A stretch of 64,000 bases of DNA, from the NCBI RefSeq assembly GCF_006345805.1, contig NC_043001.1:36084001-36148000 (forward strand). The letters run 5' to 3'. The notes beneath the pieces are model-generated. The model was not told the DNA's origin and ran no database searches. It worked only from the letters and a program-made list of their open reading frames with translations. Made by a program: the position numbers and the translations under genes. This document shows, piece by piece, positions 13,247-26,663 of the stretch. Each line of letters starts with the position of its first letter. Positions within the stretch are counted from its first letter, which is position 1. The stretch is from Octopus sinensis. Taxonomy: Eukaryota.

Positions 13247-13585
13247 TAAACATACATGCAATTTTGTTATGAGGATTTTTAAGAATCAAGGCACATCAAC
13301 TCATACGACGCCAGAAATGGTCAGGTCAGGTAATATAGAGCTCGCAGTGAAATAAACAAGCAACGCTGAAGACTTCAAGTGTTGGCAGGATAGCGTAGAT
13401 ATATGCAAGTACCAAATCCAATTTGTAACCCTAGGTCCGACTCACGAGCATAATTAGTATACGCAAATGGCGTTTAAAATTTACTTGTCATGTCAAGCTA
13501 TAAATTTACATTTTTTAAAAGCAATTTAACGCTAAAATAAAGGTTTATTTAACATCTTTTTTTTTTACATTACGTATTAACTTTT

Positions 13586-13684
13586 AAAGGGAAATGGTTG
13601 ACAGTAACTTTGAAGAATTCGAGCTGCTCGCCTGATGAAGACGAATAATCCGAAACTTCGAAAATCACTGCCAACCCTCCCTTT
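13586..13684 (+). ncRNA. Degenerate type III hammerhead-like motif inside a long hairpin
   Basis: CTGATGA (13632-38)...GAAAC (13652-56). Outer arms ggttgacagtaactttgaag / cttcgaaaatcactgccaacc pair. Cleavage triplet and stem II are imperfect. Confidence 0.35.
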
Positions 13685-13737
13685 CCTTGAAAAAGACCGA
13701 CAGACAGGCAGGCAGATAGATATGTGTATGCATATAT

Positions 13738-14045
13738 TCTTTTACTCACTTACTTTTTTACTTGTTTCAGTCATGTGACTGTGGCCATGCTGGAGCACCG
13801 CCTTTAGTCAAGCAAATCGACCCCAGGACTTATTCTTTGTAAGCCTAGTGATTATTCTATCGGTCTTTTTTGCCAAACCGCTAAGTGATGGGGACGTAAA
13901 CACACCAGCATCGGTTGTCAAGCGATGTTGGGGGACAAACACAGATATACAAACACACACACACACATACATATATACGACGGGTTTCTTTCAGTTTCCG
14001 TCTACCAAATCCACTCACAAGGCTTTGGTCGGCCCGAGGCTATAG
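13738..14045 (-). mobile_element. SINE family B lacking its head
   Basis: cttgtttcagtcatgtgactgtggccatgctggagcaccgcc...ttcagtttccgtctaccaaatccactcacaaggc. Confidence 0.9.
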
Positions 14046-15574
14046 TGTATATATATATATAGCGAGCAGACACTTGTGTGTAGACTGGCTGCATTTTCAG
14101 TCGTGGAATTAATGAAATCGGTACCAGTAATAGAATATGGTGTATTCTCTGGGTTTTCGTTTTAACTAATCAAAATAATGCAACTAATATATGTTGGATT
14201 AATTCGGATAATTTCAGTTTACGGTAGAATGCATTATAGCCCGGCTTAGAATGTCTCAATAAATCCAGTAACTGACATATATAGGGAGGTCTTATAATCG
14301 AGAATCGTTAAAGGATTAAAAGCCTGGAAGTATTAGTTTTAGTACCATCCTTCTATGTTCTGTACTCCATTTTCAGTTTATGTCTTGCCGAATTTTTCTT
14401 GATCATAATCTGTATACACATGTACGTATGTATTCATTTGAATGTGTGTCGTAATTTAAGATTTACGAAAAATACATCTATTAGTTTCGTGCATCCAAGC
14501 TAGTACTGATGAATAGCTGTATACAAACATATATTACGCATACACGTATGCCACGTGCTACATGCATCGATACAAGAATTGATGTATTATCTATGCCTCA
14601 TTACACTTCACCACAGTGTAAGTCTTTTCCCCATTCTCTTGTATATTTGAAGATAACCTTTTGGTAGCTCTCGGCAGATGGATGTGCAGCTGTCGCCTAT
14701 AGTTTGCAATAGTGCATGGCGCCGCTCTCAGAGCAGTTATGTCGAGTGACTGTCTGTCTCTGCCTTGTGACCAATTGAAGAGAGGATGCGGTACGAATAG
14801 AAGGGAAAAGAAACTGAAATTTAGGTTTGGGTAGTAGTGGTAGTGCTGGGGAAAATTAAGAAGAAAGGACAAAAGGAAGAGGACTTAATAAGCAGAGATG
14901 ACAGGAGAGGATAGAAGAAGGAATGACAATGAAGTCGAGTCGCTGTACGTGATGGGTAAAAATTTTTACCTTGAATAAAAGAGATATACAATTAAAAGGA
15001 AATGGAGAAAGTGAAGGGCGTAGTGGAGAGGAGCGGCATTTCTGGTTGTAGTATGAGAAGTAGGTAGGTATGGTATAAGTAAGCAAAAGAGGGAAATTTG
15101 TGGGAGAGACGGCATCGGTAGTTGAAGAGGGGTGGAAAAAACAAGAACAAAAAAACTATTCAGAGTGAAGGGTGAATCAAAAGACGAAAAAATGTATTAT
15201 TATAAAATGGTGATGAGAAGGATGAGAGCGATTTGTGGAACAATGACAAAAGGAAGAATAGAAGTTATGGAGGCGAAATAGAAAATTGTTGAGAGGAATT
15301 GAAAGAGTATAAAAGATGGCATAAAAATGAAAGGAAAGAAAACAAAAAACAGAAATAATATAAAAGTAAAAGGTGGTAACATTTAGGTTCTTATTTTTGT
15401 CAGATGAAATGGTCCTATATTTTAGAAGAGCTAGAAATGATAAAATAGAACTTGTCCCAAGGATACTAGAAACGCAATATAGATAAAACGGTTTCAATTT
15501 ATATTAGAAAATGCCTCGCAGGCTCGAATTGTCAGAGGCTCGCCACTTTACCACTTCTCGGTAGTCATAATATT

Positions 15575-15772
15575 CTGCGAGTTAGCAGAATTGTTTGCAT
15601 GCCGAGTAAAATGCTTAGCGGCATTCTGTCCGGAATTAGGCTCTAAGTCCAAAGCCGCCGAGATTGGCTTTGCCTTGCATCGTTTCAGGTTCGATAAAAT
15701 ACGAGCCAGTTGAACACTGTAATCGACGTATCCCCTCCCCAAAATTGCTGGCTTTGTACCAAAATGTGAAAC
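15575..15772 (+). mobile_element. Decayed SINE family A
   Basis: gcgagttagcagaattg...aaatgcttagcggc...ctttgccttgcatcgtttc. Confidence 0.7.
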
Positions 15773-16598
15773 TGATATTTGTAATACTTAAGAAAAAGTA
15801 TTTACTTTTATGAGCATGGTACAAATGAAATATAAATGGTTTAAGAGAGAAAGTGAGACCGTGTATAAAGAAACAGTGGTATGCAATTTCAATGAACCAA
15901 CATGTATCGACATATGTATTCGGATATTTTATGGACATATTTTAACAAGAATATACCAATGTGTCATACACCATTATCGATACGTTTTTAACATGTCGAA
16001 TAATTACAAAAATAGCTATAAACATCTTCTTGACAAAAACAAGAGTTATAAAAAAGCTACGTTTCTTTTTTTTTTTTTTGCTTTATCGTAGCTCTATTCA
16101 TATCGAATTAAACTTGTTTCTATAGGGAATATGAATACTGCTCAAGAACACACAAATATACTATACATGCCAACTCGTAATATATCTATACACTAAAAGA
16201 AGCACTCCCTCCTCTATCTTTCTTACGTACATAAAAATATATATTTAACTCCTGGTCAGGTTCTGATCGAGCAGTCCCATAATTCAAAGGTTTTTCAGTC
16301 GTAATAAACTCGTCTTAATTGTTCAGGGCTACACAATTCAATTATGGTCTTTTGTTTTAAAAGTCTGTTGATTGTTATGCAGGAGATTATCTAGGTGCTT
16401 CTAATAATATTAGTGGTCATATTCACGTTTTCTCGCTCGCATATTTCTAGTTTGATACAAAGGTGGAGCACACAGCTATGCAAGTGATTGTTTATTGACT
16501 GCAGTATGTGTGTTCACAACATGAAATAACTACTTACTAACACAGATCCAGCGATTTTAAGGAGAGGATCTTAGAAGCTTATACTGCCTCCAGGACTT

Positions 16599-17024
16599 GG
16601 ATCTTTCGGTTTGAACGGCAGTTTTTTCTAGCGGTGTCATATGAAATTGTCACCCATAATTATGACCCTAGTATCGATCTATTGCATTTCAATCTGTTTT
16701 AGGGTTATGGTTAGTTATGGTTAGGGGTGGGGGGAAGGGTATCTTTTTTTCTTCACAAATGTAAATAAACCCAATCTGTTTCTTAAACGAGGGACATATT
16801 CATGCGGCACAGAATGTTTTCACTTCAATAGACGTCATTGATTGGTTAAAATTGCAGAAATTGAAGAAAAAAAACAACAAATATCTTACAAACTATAGAA
16901 TTTTCTTAATAAAGCCAAGAGAAAAAGATGTTTTATAAACACATTCTACCAGTATACGAAGTTTAAAAGTGTTTAGTCACGTGAAAATTATTTTAAAAAG
17001 CTGCCGTTCAAACTGAAAAGATCC
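16599..17024. mobile_element. Non-autonomous DNA transposon (MITE) with GG termini and 8-bp TSD, Merlin-like by inference
   Basis: TIRs GGATCTTTCGGTTTGAACGGCAG / CTGCCGTTCAAACTGAAAAGATCC. TSD CAGGACTT at 16591-98 and 17025-32. Second copy at 58024. Confidence 0.9.
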
Positions 17025-17165
17025 CAGGACTTGACTAACTAAATTTTATCGACCCCCAAAACATAAAAAGCAAGGTTGAACTCGGTGGGATTTGAACTTG
17101 GAACGTAAATAACTGGACGAAGTGCCGCTAATTGTCTGACTTACTAACGATTCTGCCAGAACCAC
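17025..17165 (-). mobile_element. SINE family A interrupted by the MITE
   Basis: aattttatcgacccc...gggatttgaact...ctaacgattctgccag. Tail remnants lie left of the MITE. Confidence 0.7.
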
Positions 17166-18223
17166 TCAACTTATAGTCAGAAACTTTTATACATGGAATT
17201 AAATGAGAACTAAAAAAAAAAATTAGGGTCGTAAATCTATGCCCTTGTGGTAGAAGTAGCAGCAAAGAATAGTAATTCTCATAAGATAGCAATGTTTTAA
17301 TAAATTTCAAAAGAGAGATTGTAAGGCAAATAGTTGTTGATTCAGAGGAGAGAAAAACAATCTTTTTTCGTGTTCAAATTACTATTCACATATGCAATTA
17401 TAAATAGCATTTCATAATCATTGTATGACCGAGAATCGCTGATACGTAAATATCAATAATTGTTTGCAGTATATATATAATTAACAATCTTTCAATTAAA
17501 ACACAGCACTAATTTATCTAATGAAACTATTTTTTCCCCTTAAATTACACATAACATATGAATTTTCTTTTATATTAATTATAAAACAATGTCTAAACAG
17601 AAAATAATTAGGCAAAAAGATCAATATCGACAGATTTACATTTCGTTTGATAGCAGGAAAATTACGACCACTTCTCTTTACAAGACGGCCTGCAATTGGA
17701 GCAAAAAATGTTATCAGTACAAGGTTTACATGTTGTGGTTACGTAGAATCAATCAGTAATCTTTACAAGATGATTTGCAAAGCAGATACCTAACCCAAAG
17801 ATAATCCTTACCATCTTTAAGACTGATTGAAGGGTTCTTAGTTACACGTGTATAGCTCGGAGGAAATAAAAAAAAAACCGCTGGTAGTGATTAGAGTTGG
17901 AAGTAGTACACTGTTTAACGTGGGCTGGCTGTAGCTTAATCCTATCTTAAGGTTTCTATATACATTATCGGAAAGATTAAGAGCGAGCATAGGATTAAAT
18001 TCAAGTCAGGAAATACTTTTCTTCAGGTCGACTACACTTAACGTTTCTGTTACTAATGTAACATAAGAACCGATGCTACTGTAACATTAGTACAACATAT
18101 TTGAATATAGAAACGGGAAGCACCGAACCGATTACTGGAGACAGCAGCGGGATGGGGGGTCTCAGGCAAATATGTGCCGTGCGAAAAAGAAGCTTTTATT
18201 GGCACAGGGTATATATTGACCAG

Positions 18224-18567
18224 GAGGCGCAATGGCCCAGTGGTTAGGGCAGCGGACTCGCGGTCGTAGGATCGCGGTTTCGATTCCCAGACCGGGTGTT
18301 GTGAGTGTTTTTTGAGCGAAAACACCTAAAGCTGTAATCTTTCACCACAACTTTCTCTCACTCTTACTTCCTGTTTCTGTTGTACCTGTATTTCAAAGGG
18401 CCGGCCTTGTCACTCTCTGTGTCACGCTGAATATCCCCGTGAACTACGTTAAGGGTACACGTGTCTGTGGAGTGCTCAGCCACTTACACGTTAATTTCAC
18501 GAGCAGGCTGTTCCGTTGATCGGATCAACCGGAACCCTCATCGTCGTAACCGACGGAGTGCTTCCAC
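18224..18567 (+). mobile_element. Full-length tRNA-derived SINE family C with 13-bp TSD
   Basis: A box TGGCCCAGTGG, B box GTTTCGATTCC. TSD ATATATTGACCAG at 18211-23 and 18568-80. Confidence 0.9.
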
Positions 18568-21434
18568 ATATATTGACCAGCCAGCTGTGTGATGCAACAG
18601 CAAAATTTTTACTGGCCGTAAACTACATGTTTATTATCATCTCATTTATCTGTAAGTATCATATTATGAAAACAAAAATTATTATAAGTTGCACAAAAGT
18701 AAAATATATATTTACTTATTTACTCATAACGCTGATCGTGTTTTCTAATTATCCATTTAAATTATCAATGTATTATTTAAAATTGCCTTTCTAAAAATGT
18801 ATTTTTAAATCTGTGACAGTGTTAAAGTGCCAGTATAAGGACTTGTATATGCATATAAGGATTTCTATACGCATCAAACATCTCCCCCCAAATTTCACTA
18901 CAGCGCCTTTAAAAAATCACTGAATATACTATATAACTCAGTCTGATTTTTAATACAGAACTAGCTAGAATACAGGCTGGTTAACTTTTCTTTACAGAGA
19001 TCCATAGCAGTCAGACGTAAAGAAAATATACGGTTAAACATCAAGTATAGTAAAAACAGCTAACGATGACTGCACAAAAAAACCCCTTAGAAAAGCCTTC
19101 ATTGTGCCCAAATATTGAAATAATATACGCTCACACAGTTAAGCAGACAACATTAAACATCAAGTCCTTGAACTTGGAACATAATAGGCCTTCCTGTAGA
19201 ATACCGAAAGCATTTGCTTCGCAATTGTACTGCTTTATTTCCTGATACTAAATAAAGCAATGGTCATTTCTTCTACTGACACAAACACGTATTTCTTGTG
19301 GGAGGGCGCTCGACAATAAAATCGTCTCCAATATACTTATTTGCCCGAGTTCTATTTTATCGGGTGCATAAAGATGAACAGTAAAGTTGGCAACAGTAGA
19401 ATTTAAACTGAGAATATTAAGAAATCCTAAGAAACTTTAATCGGTTTTCTATTCTACTACGCTTGGCACGTCTTGCTGACGTTAAAGATTTCTAACATGG
19501 CATGGAGTCCAATCATTTTGTGGTGGGAAGTAGAGATGAAAACATTGATCCTAATACTTAATTGCGGCTAATTTTATCGGCCTGCGAAGGATCCCACCCA
19601 GATAGGAAGTCATATCACAAAAGAGATCTAATTAAATTAATTGCCAATATAGCAAGCGTTCCACTAATTTTGCAATCCAGTGTCCTTCTTACAGGACTCA
19701 CGCCGCGCCATGACGACTTTGCCGATCATGCTACAATGCTGCACTACCATCGCAAAAAAGAAAAGGTAGTAAAAAGAAAATTCAGATGAAAATAGAATAA
19801 AAGAAATACGTGCACACAGTTCACTATTTACAGTTATTCAATTCTTGGGTATATCACCGCTTTCGTGTATGTGCGTATGTTTGTGTATACACAACAAATA
19901 TGATGCGTTTTCAAATGCACACATATTTGTACCACACCGGTTCTTTTCAAAGTTAAATGTTATGCTATCTATACATGCAGACATCAAGTGTGAATTAACT
20001 AGCTATCGTATACGAGAAGCAAGATTTTGTGATGTTTTCATAATCTACGTTTAAAATATCATCGCTGACTTGGCTTACAGCCAAAATCAATAACGCAAAA
20101 CTGATCGAAACATGCCAACCCCACTGTTGTATTTAGTTTAGCTTTTCTTCTATTTTTGTCCTTTTCGTGTATTTTCTTCTCTTTATACACAATGTTGTCA
20201 TTTTACACTCAAGCACGCATTTGATGCCTTCGTAATGAAATGTGAGTGACAATGATTGAGTTTTATTTGAAAGGAAATACATTATTATGTAACTGAAATT
20301 ATCTCTCCGAGCCGAGATGACTTTGTACTTTTACAAATCGATAACCGCAATAACAGCTGTATGTTGTAGTGTTTGCTTTCATTCATACGAAACAAAAATC
20401 AAGGATTAGATCATTTTATAATGAATGTATAATAAGACGAAATCTAAATGTTTGCATGCAAATACTGTCAGCGCAAAATACAGAAATGGTGGCAGTTTCT
20501 TGATCAAACAGAAGATTTATTTATTCTTTGAAATATCGTGAACATAATATTATCGTCTTGCTTATTAATTCTGTGGCCCGTTGCGATTTGTTTTAAAGGT
20601 GTAATAATCGAGTGGATAATTAAAGTATTGATTGCAGTTTATAGGCTGTGAGTCAACCCTGCCGCAGGTGTTTCATTGTATAAGGCAAGGCACTTAAGTG
20701 TACATAGTTCTACTGAATAAGCATCCGGCTGTCAAATTTTATATTCTAAGAGCAAAGCTTCGTGCTGTAAGATTAGTGTTCTCTTCATCTTACTCCCTCC
20801 ACTTAGCACTTTGGAATCTGGAGTTAAGCACCACCATCAGCGTTATGAATTCTTATGATTCACAAGAAAGAATCTTGTTCTATATTATTTGGCGACGGGG
20901 GGTACATTTCCTTAAAAAGATTTACATAACTTTATGTCTAATATTTTACAATATTTTTATTCTAAAATAACAAAGCATAAAAAAAAACCCAAGCAAATCG
21001 ATTTAATGCGTTCATTGTGTGGGTGGGGATATTTACTAGGACTGACATTAAATGCACTTCAGTATCATGTTTTATTCCTTCGGCTATGAGTTCAAATCCT
21101 ACAGGGTGGATTTTTACATTTCGTAAGATCAATGCAATCAATTCACTTCACTCTTACATAAGGTGGCTTGTGTAAGAAGCCAATATGTTAACGTATTCAG
21201 AAGGCTCTAATAGAAATGTCGGCTTTTAAAAAAGTATTATTGATTTAATATTGTTTGTTTCCTCTTTATTATTTTTTTTTCTTTGCTATCAGTTTTTCTG
21301 TTGACGCAAATAGTTTGAAAATATGTAACCAGACTTTCCATTCGATTCTATTTACTCATTATGTGAAGAATAAAAAAAAAATTTCCATAGTTACTTTACC
21401 AATATTCTCCATTATTATTTTATTATCCTCAAAA

Positions 21435-21638
21435 ATGGTGAGCTGACAGAAACGTTCCGTTAGCTTGCCGGACAATATATTTAGCGGTGTTTCGTCCGTC
21501 TTTACGTTCTGAGTTCAGATTACGCCGAAGTCGTCTTTACCTTTCATCCCTTTGGGGCCGATAAAATAAGTACTAATTAGGCACTGGAGTCGACATAATT
21601 GACAAGATCTCCGCCGCCAAAATTTTAGTCCTTGGTTT
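21435..21638 (+). mobile_element. SINE family A
   Basis: ggtgagctgacagaaacg...gttctgagttcag...ctttcatcc...gataaaataagtac. Confidence 0.8.
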
Positions 21639-22339
21639 ATTTTATTGCCCTGTAACGAAGATGGGCAGCTCAACGTTAGAATAATTTTTTTTGCAAACGT
21701 TTAGGTTTATCTTCTCGTTTATGAGTTCTAATCTCACTGATGTGGAATCCGACAGGATTTCAGAGACTTTGAGTAAAATATCAAATACGCTGATGATTTT
21801 TTTTTCGTATTTGCAACACTCGATTATCTATTTTTGAAATGGACAATGAGTTAATGCTTATGTTTTCATATAACTGAGAATCAAACAACGATTTGCATAT
21901 TTGGATTACACGGGGTTTATCTTACTAATATACAGCGCTCGTTCCTCTCGCTAATAATGATGGTGGTGGATGATGGTAGGTGATGATTTTGAGATAAATG
22001 ATGACACTGGTAAAAAATTGATCCTGTTTGAACCCAAATTAGTTCTGATTAAGCAGATCAATGATTATGATAGCGATCCGACTGAGACCATTTCATGTTT
22101 ATTTCTAAAACTATTTCAAGAATTACATTAACCGGTGTATTCTCTTTTTTTTTTTTTTTTTGAAAATAATAAAGTGTGGTTTGAAGGGATATTAGGCTGC
22201 TGTTTCTAAAAGGGCAATAACGACGCTGATCACAACGATAATGATAATCATGGTGGATCCTTTTGTCGTAAAGGATAGATGAGGTTTCCGCAACTTTATG
22301 AGAGATAACCAGCACGGATGGTTTGTCTATAGCGATCAA

Positions 22340-22556
22340 ATGTGCGTGTTGATCATTAGCTCGCTACCTCCAAATCGACATTGCCGGTGTGGGTGAGCAG
22401 TGTGCCGCAAACACACATCAGATGTCAAAGTGATCGCAGAGCAACGTGAAACGAAGTGTTTTGCTCAAGAACACATGCACCGCCCGATCCGGGAATCGAA
22501 ATCACAACCTTGCGATTGTGAGTTCAACACCATAAATACTAAGCCACGCGCCTTCA
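22340..22556 (-). mobile_element. Decayed SINE family C
   Basis: aagtgttttgctcaagaacac (CORE-like, reverse complement) and gggaatcgaaatc (B box, reverse complement). Confidence 0.7.
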
Positions 22557-22999
22557 CAATGATAATCATAGGTTACGTTTAAATAGGCACGTGCACGTGT
22601 TTCATCCAGCATCACATAATCCTGTTTGTTAGTTGCACAGACACGGAAAGTGGGTATAATGTCGGTTCTGAACCTAGAGCATTTTATAAATTAAATGAAT
22701 CAGTCTAAGGTCACGTACAGTCTAAACAATATGTAACCCTATAACAACAGAATAAGCTAATGCTGAAAATAAAGTATTTGCTATTTGTTCACAAGGCAAG
22801 AAATAATAATAGTCCCAAGCCAAAGACGTCGCATGCATCAAGACAACAACTCCACAAACGGCTGAGCAAACATGGAAATTTACAGATTTTACAGTGATGA
22901 AGGATAGAAAAATGAGATTGAAAAAGGAAGAGGAAAGAGAAAGGAGTAAACACTTAAGAATGCACTTATTTCTAGAATATGGATATTGTTATTAAATAA

Positions 23000-23755
23000 G
23001 GTGGTTGAGATGGCAGAATCGTTAGCACGCCGGACTAAGAAAAATACTTAACGGTACTTCGCTCGTCTTTACGATCTCAGTTCAAATTCCGCCGAGGTCG
23101 ACTTCGCCTTTCAAATTTTCGGGGTCAATATAAAATAAGTACTAGCCGAACAGTATTTTAGACTTTGTACATAGAGTATTTTAGAGTACATAGAGTAGAA
23201 AGATTTATTATTATTAATGAAGATTGCGAGGTGCTAGAATCGTTAGCAGATCGGACAAAATGCTGAGCGGCACTTCTTTTTGGCCTTACTTTTTGAGTTC
23301 AAATTCCATCGAAGTCGACTTTGTTTTTCATTCTTTCAGAGTCAATAAAATAAGTATCACTTAAGCACTAGAGTTGGTGTATTTGACTAGCCTACACCCC
23401 ACTAAATTTCAGGCCTTTTACTGGAGATGATTATTACAACATTCGAACTGGCAGATCTTTAGAGCGCGTGGAAAAAATGTTTTAAGAGTACCAGTCAAAT
23501 ACTGGAACAGATTAGAATGATTTATTCCCTCTACTCAAAACTTCTAGGCTTGCGTGCCTAAAATCATTACTAAAAGGTTGTCAGCTAGCAGAATTATTAG
23601 AGCGTAAAAAACAATGTCCTCGCGGTGTTTGTTCCGGCGCTTTATGCTCTTAGTACACTACTAATCCTGCCAAGTTCATCTCTGCTTTTCAACACCCCAG
23701 GATTAATAAAAAAAAAAAAAACTAGTACCAATGAAGTACTTGGCTTGATGGTATT
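23000..23755 (+). mobile_element. Head-to-tail array of about four decayed SINE family A copies
   Basis: Repeated heads near 23000, 23226, 23445 and 23578, each followed by gttcaaattcc/gtcgact/aaaataagta motifs. Confidence 0.7.
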
Positions 23756-23770
23756 GCCCCCTTAACCATA

Positions 23771-24020
23771 TGCTTGCTTGCTTCAAGCTCTTGTTTGATG
23801 GGGCAAGGGTAATCCTAGGTTAGGGGGTCCCAGAGAGGTCATCATGCATAGATCCGACCAGGTCCACCAGTGTTTTATCCATTGCTGGCAGTCCCTTGCT
23901 AGCCCCCCCCCCCCGCATCCTCTAAGGTAACTTTGAGCCTCTGAAGATCTTGCCTAATCATGAGTAGTCAACTTGGGACAGAGCCTGTCTTGAGGCTTCT
24001 TCCAGCCCGCAGCTGCCGTG
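23771..24020 (-). mobile_element. RTE-clade LINE 3' end with (CAAG)n tail
   Basis: Minus strand translates to MIRQDLQRLKVTLEDAGGLARDCQQW (RTE C-terminal A.DR..W pattern) and ends in gcaagcaagca. Confidence 0.7.
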
Positions 24021-24446
24021 TCGAATAAGAGTAAATCCCTAAAAATATTACAAAATAACGTGTTGTTTGGTCCCAATCGATCCTGAACTTAAGTAGATAT
24101 GATCGATACAAGTCGTTCCAGAAATGACCATCATCGTCAAATTTTAGACAATGTACGCTGCACTATATTATTCTATGCGTTTTTTTTTTTATATATATAT
24201 AAGACAGCTGAGTATGATTGGGATGTTGCTGCTATTTTTAACATATCGTCGCACCTTAAAACAGACAAATCAGCCCTGGTGAAACAGACATAAGATCACA
24301 GGCGATCTAGCCATGACCATCACATGTTTTTTTTTTTTTATATCAGAGACTGTATTATACAATACACCTTTCGCTTTTAAAGATATTTTAAGGATACTAG
24401 TGAGAGATAAGAAACAGAAGGGCAGAGGGGAAACAGCTATTTATAT

Positions 24447-24681
24447 GTTAGTTAGTTAGTTAATTTGGCTCAAAAGCAAATAGCAAGGCCATGTAGGGGG
24501 ACATGGAGTTAAGTACAGGGTGGTGTTCATGTAAAGAGTTCAGGCCACTTGAGGTCCAGGGAGGCTTTGAACAAAGCGGTCGTCGGCATCTTCACCATCT
24601 CGTCTGGCAGCTTGTTCCACGGATCCGCAACCCGGACGGAGAAAGCTCCTCTCCTTCGATTGAGATGAAATCGTCGCAGGT
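24447..24681 (-). mobile_element. CR1-like LINE (family CR1-B) 3' end with (CTAA)n tail
   Basis: LRRFHLNRRRGAFSVRVADPWNKLPDEMVKMPTTA; near-collinear with 44040-44280. Confidence 0.85.
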
Positions 24682-25381
24682 AAAATAACTTTCACCATGA
24701 CAGTTGCTTTCTAAATGCAACGAGAGTTTTGATATTTTTGCTGCAGATATGATCCTGTATTTGTATAAGAGAGAGAGAGAGAGCTGAGAGCTAATGTCTT
24801 GGAAAGAGTTGGAGAGGCAGGAAGAATGTGTATGTGTGTGAGTGTGAGAGAACCAAGGGAAAAGCTAGAGAGAGAGAGAGAGAGAGAGTGAAACAGACAG
24901 ACAGACAGACAGACAGAGAGACAGAGAGACAGACAGACTGACTAATTTTACTGGACAAAGGAGAGTAGAAAAACATGTGTTGCAAGTCGTTCCGAGCATG
25001 TGCAACGATGATGATGATGCTGTTCTGGAAAGAAGACGTAACTGAGCAGCGTTGGACGTCGTTGTTATGGAAGCATCCGAAAGCGAGGTTTTTTTGGCTT
25101 GTAGAACAGAGGAAGGGATAGAGAGAAAAGGAGAAAAAGTGACCGGACAAATTGTGCGCGCGTGCTGACTCTTTTCTCCCCCCCCACTCCTTCTTCTTCT
25201 TCTTCTCGTCCTCCCTCTTTCTCTCCCCCTCTCATCGTGTATGAGTTTGTGAAAAGTGTGTGTATGTGTGTGCGCGCGCGTGTGTTTGTGAGTGTGCGAG
25301 CGCGCAATTAGTGCAGTTGTGTATGTGTATACCTAGGTCTATGTATGTGTGCACATAAGACATGGGTTTGTCTGTGTGTAT

Positions 25382-25452
<71 letters not shown>

Positions 25453-25525
25453 GATATCTACATATACATAAATACATATACATAAACACATACATATATC
25501 CATAAATACATATACATATATACAT

Positions 25526-25558
<33 letters not shown>

Positions 25559-26215
25559 CACACACACACAACACACACACACACACCATGCAAATATTTC
25601 TCTGTACTGTATCTGACGTTTTAATAATCAATGTGTCCTTTTTTTTTCTTAAGATATCAGGGTTTGACATTTGACTATTATTTCTAGTTGAGCTGAGCGA
25701 CACCGCAGAAACTCTCGTTCGTTCGAGACGTAATTGTTTATCTCCCGAACAGTCTCTGATCACACACACTTGGAATCCAGGCCGTTCCAGTCGTGACTAT
25801 CCAGTCTTTTTCCCTTTACTTTTGTTTTTTGTTTTTCTTCACACGTACATTATCCAAAGAGAATTTTCTATTTTCAAGATGTAAGGGTGTGTGAATTGAA
25901 GGATAATCGGCTGTTATTTCTAGCCGGCAATGCGACAGTATGGAGTACTTTCTTTGCATGTGTATGTGTGTGTGTGTTTGTGTGCGCGCGCGCTTGTATA
26001 AATTTTATCTGATATTTTGCGTTTAATTTCCCTCAACCCATAACAAAAGAACATACTAAGCGGAGTTAATAAGTGGCCCTCTCTTTGCTTAGTTGCCCGG
26101 TTTTTCTAGAAATAGCAGCCAAGTATTCCTCCTATCGTATAAAAGTAGACGAAGAAAGGATTCATAAAATAAAAGAGAACAACAAAAGAGTTAAAAAAAT
26201 GATATAAATAAAAGA

Positions 26216-26380
26216 GTAGGAGTGGCTGTGTGGTAGTAAATAGCTTGCTTACGAACCACATGGTTCCGGGTTCAGTCCCACTGCGTAGCACCTTGGGTAA
26301 GTGTCTTCTACTATAGTCTCGGGCCGACCAATGCCTTGTGAGTGGATTTGGTAGACGGAAACTGAAAGAAGCCCGTCGTA

Positions 26381-26442
<62 letters not shown>

Positions 26443-26663
26443 CGTGTATGTTTGTGTGTCTGTGTTTGTCCCCCCAACATCGATTGCCAACCGATGCTGG
26501 TGTGTTTACGTCCCCGTAACTAGCGGTTCGGCAAAAAAAGAGACCGATAAAATAAGTACTAGGCTTACAAAGAATAAATCCTGGGATCGATTTGATCGGA
26601 CTAAAGGCTGTACTCCAGCATGGCCACAGTCAAATGACTGAAACAAGTAGAAGAGTAAAAGAG
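26216..26663 (+). mobile_element. Full-length tRNA-derived CORE-like SINE family B with internal (TA)n(TG)n
   Basis: gagtggctgtgtggt...ggttccgggttcagtcccactgcg...gcaccttgggtaagtgtct...ccagcatggccacagtcaaatgactgaaacaagt. Confidence 0.92.

Noticed and set aside
16700-16730. Interstitial telomere
   Set aside because: Only a few degenerate TTAGGG-like units, internal to a MITE.
18224-18295. Functional tRNA gene
   Set aside because: A/B boxes are present but there is no cloverleaf acceptor stem; it continues into a SINE body with a TSD.
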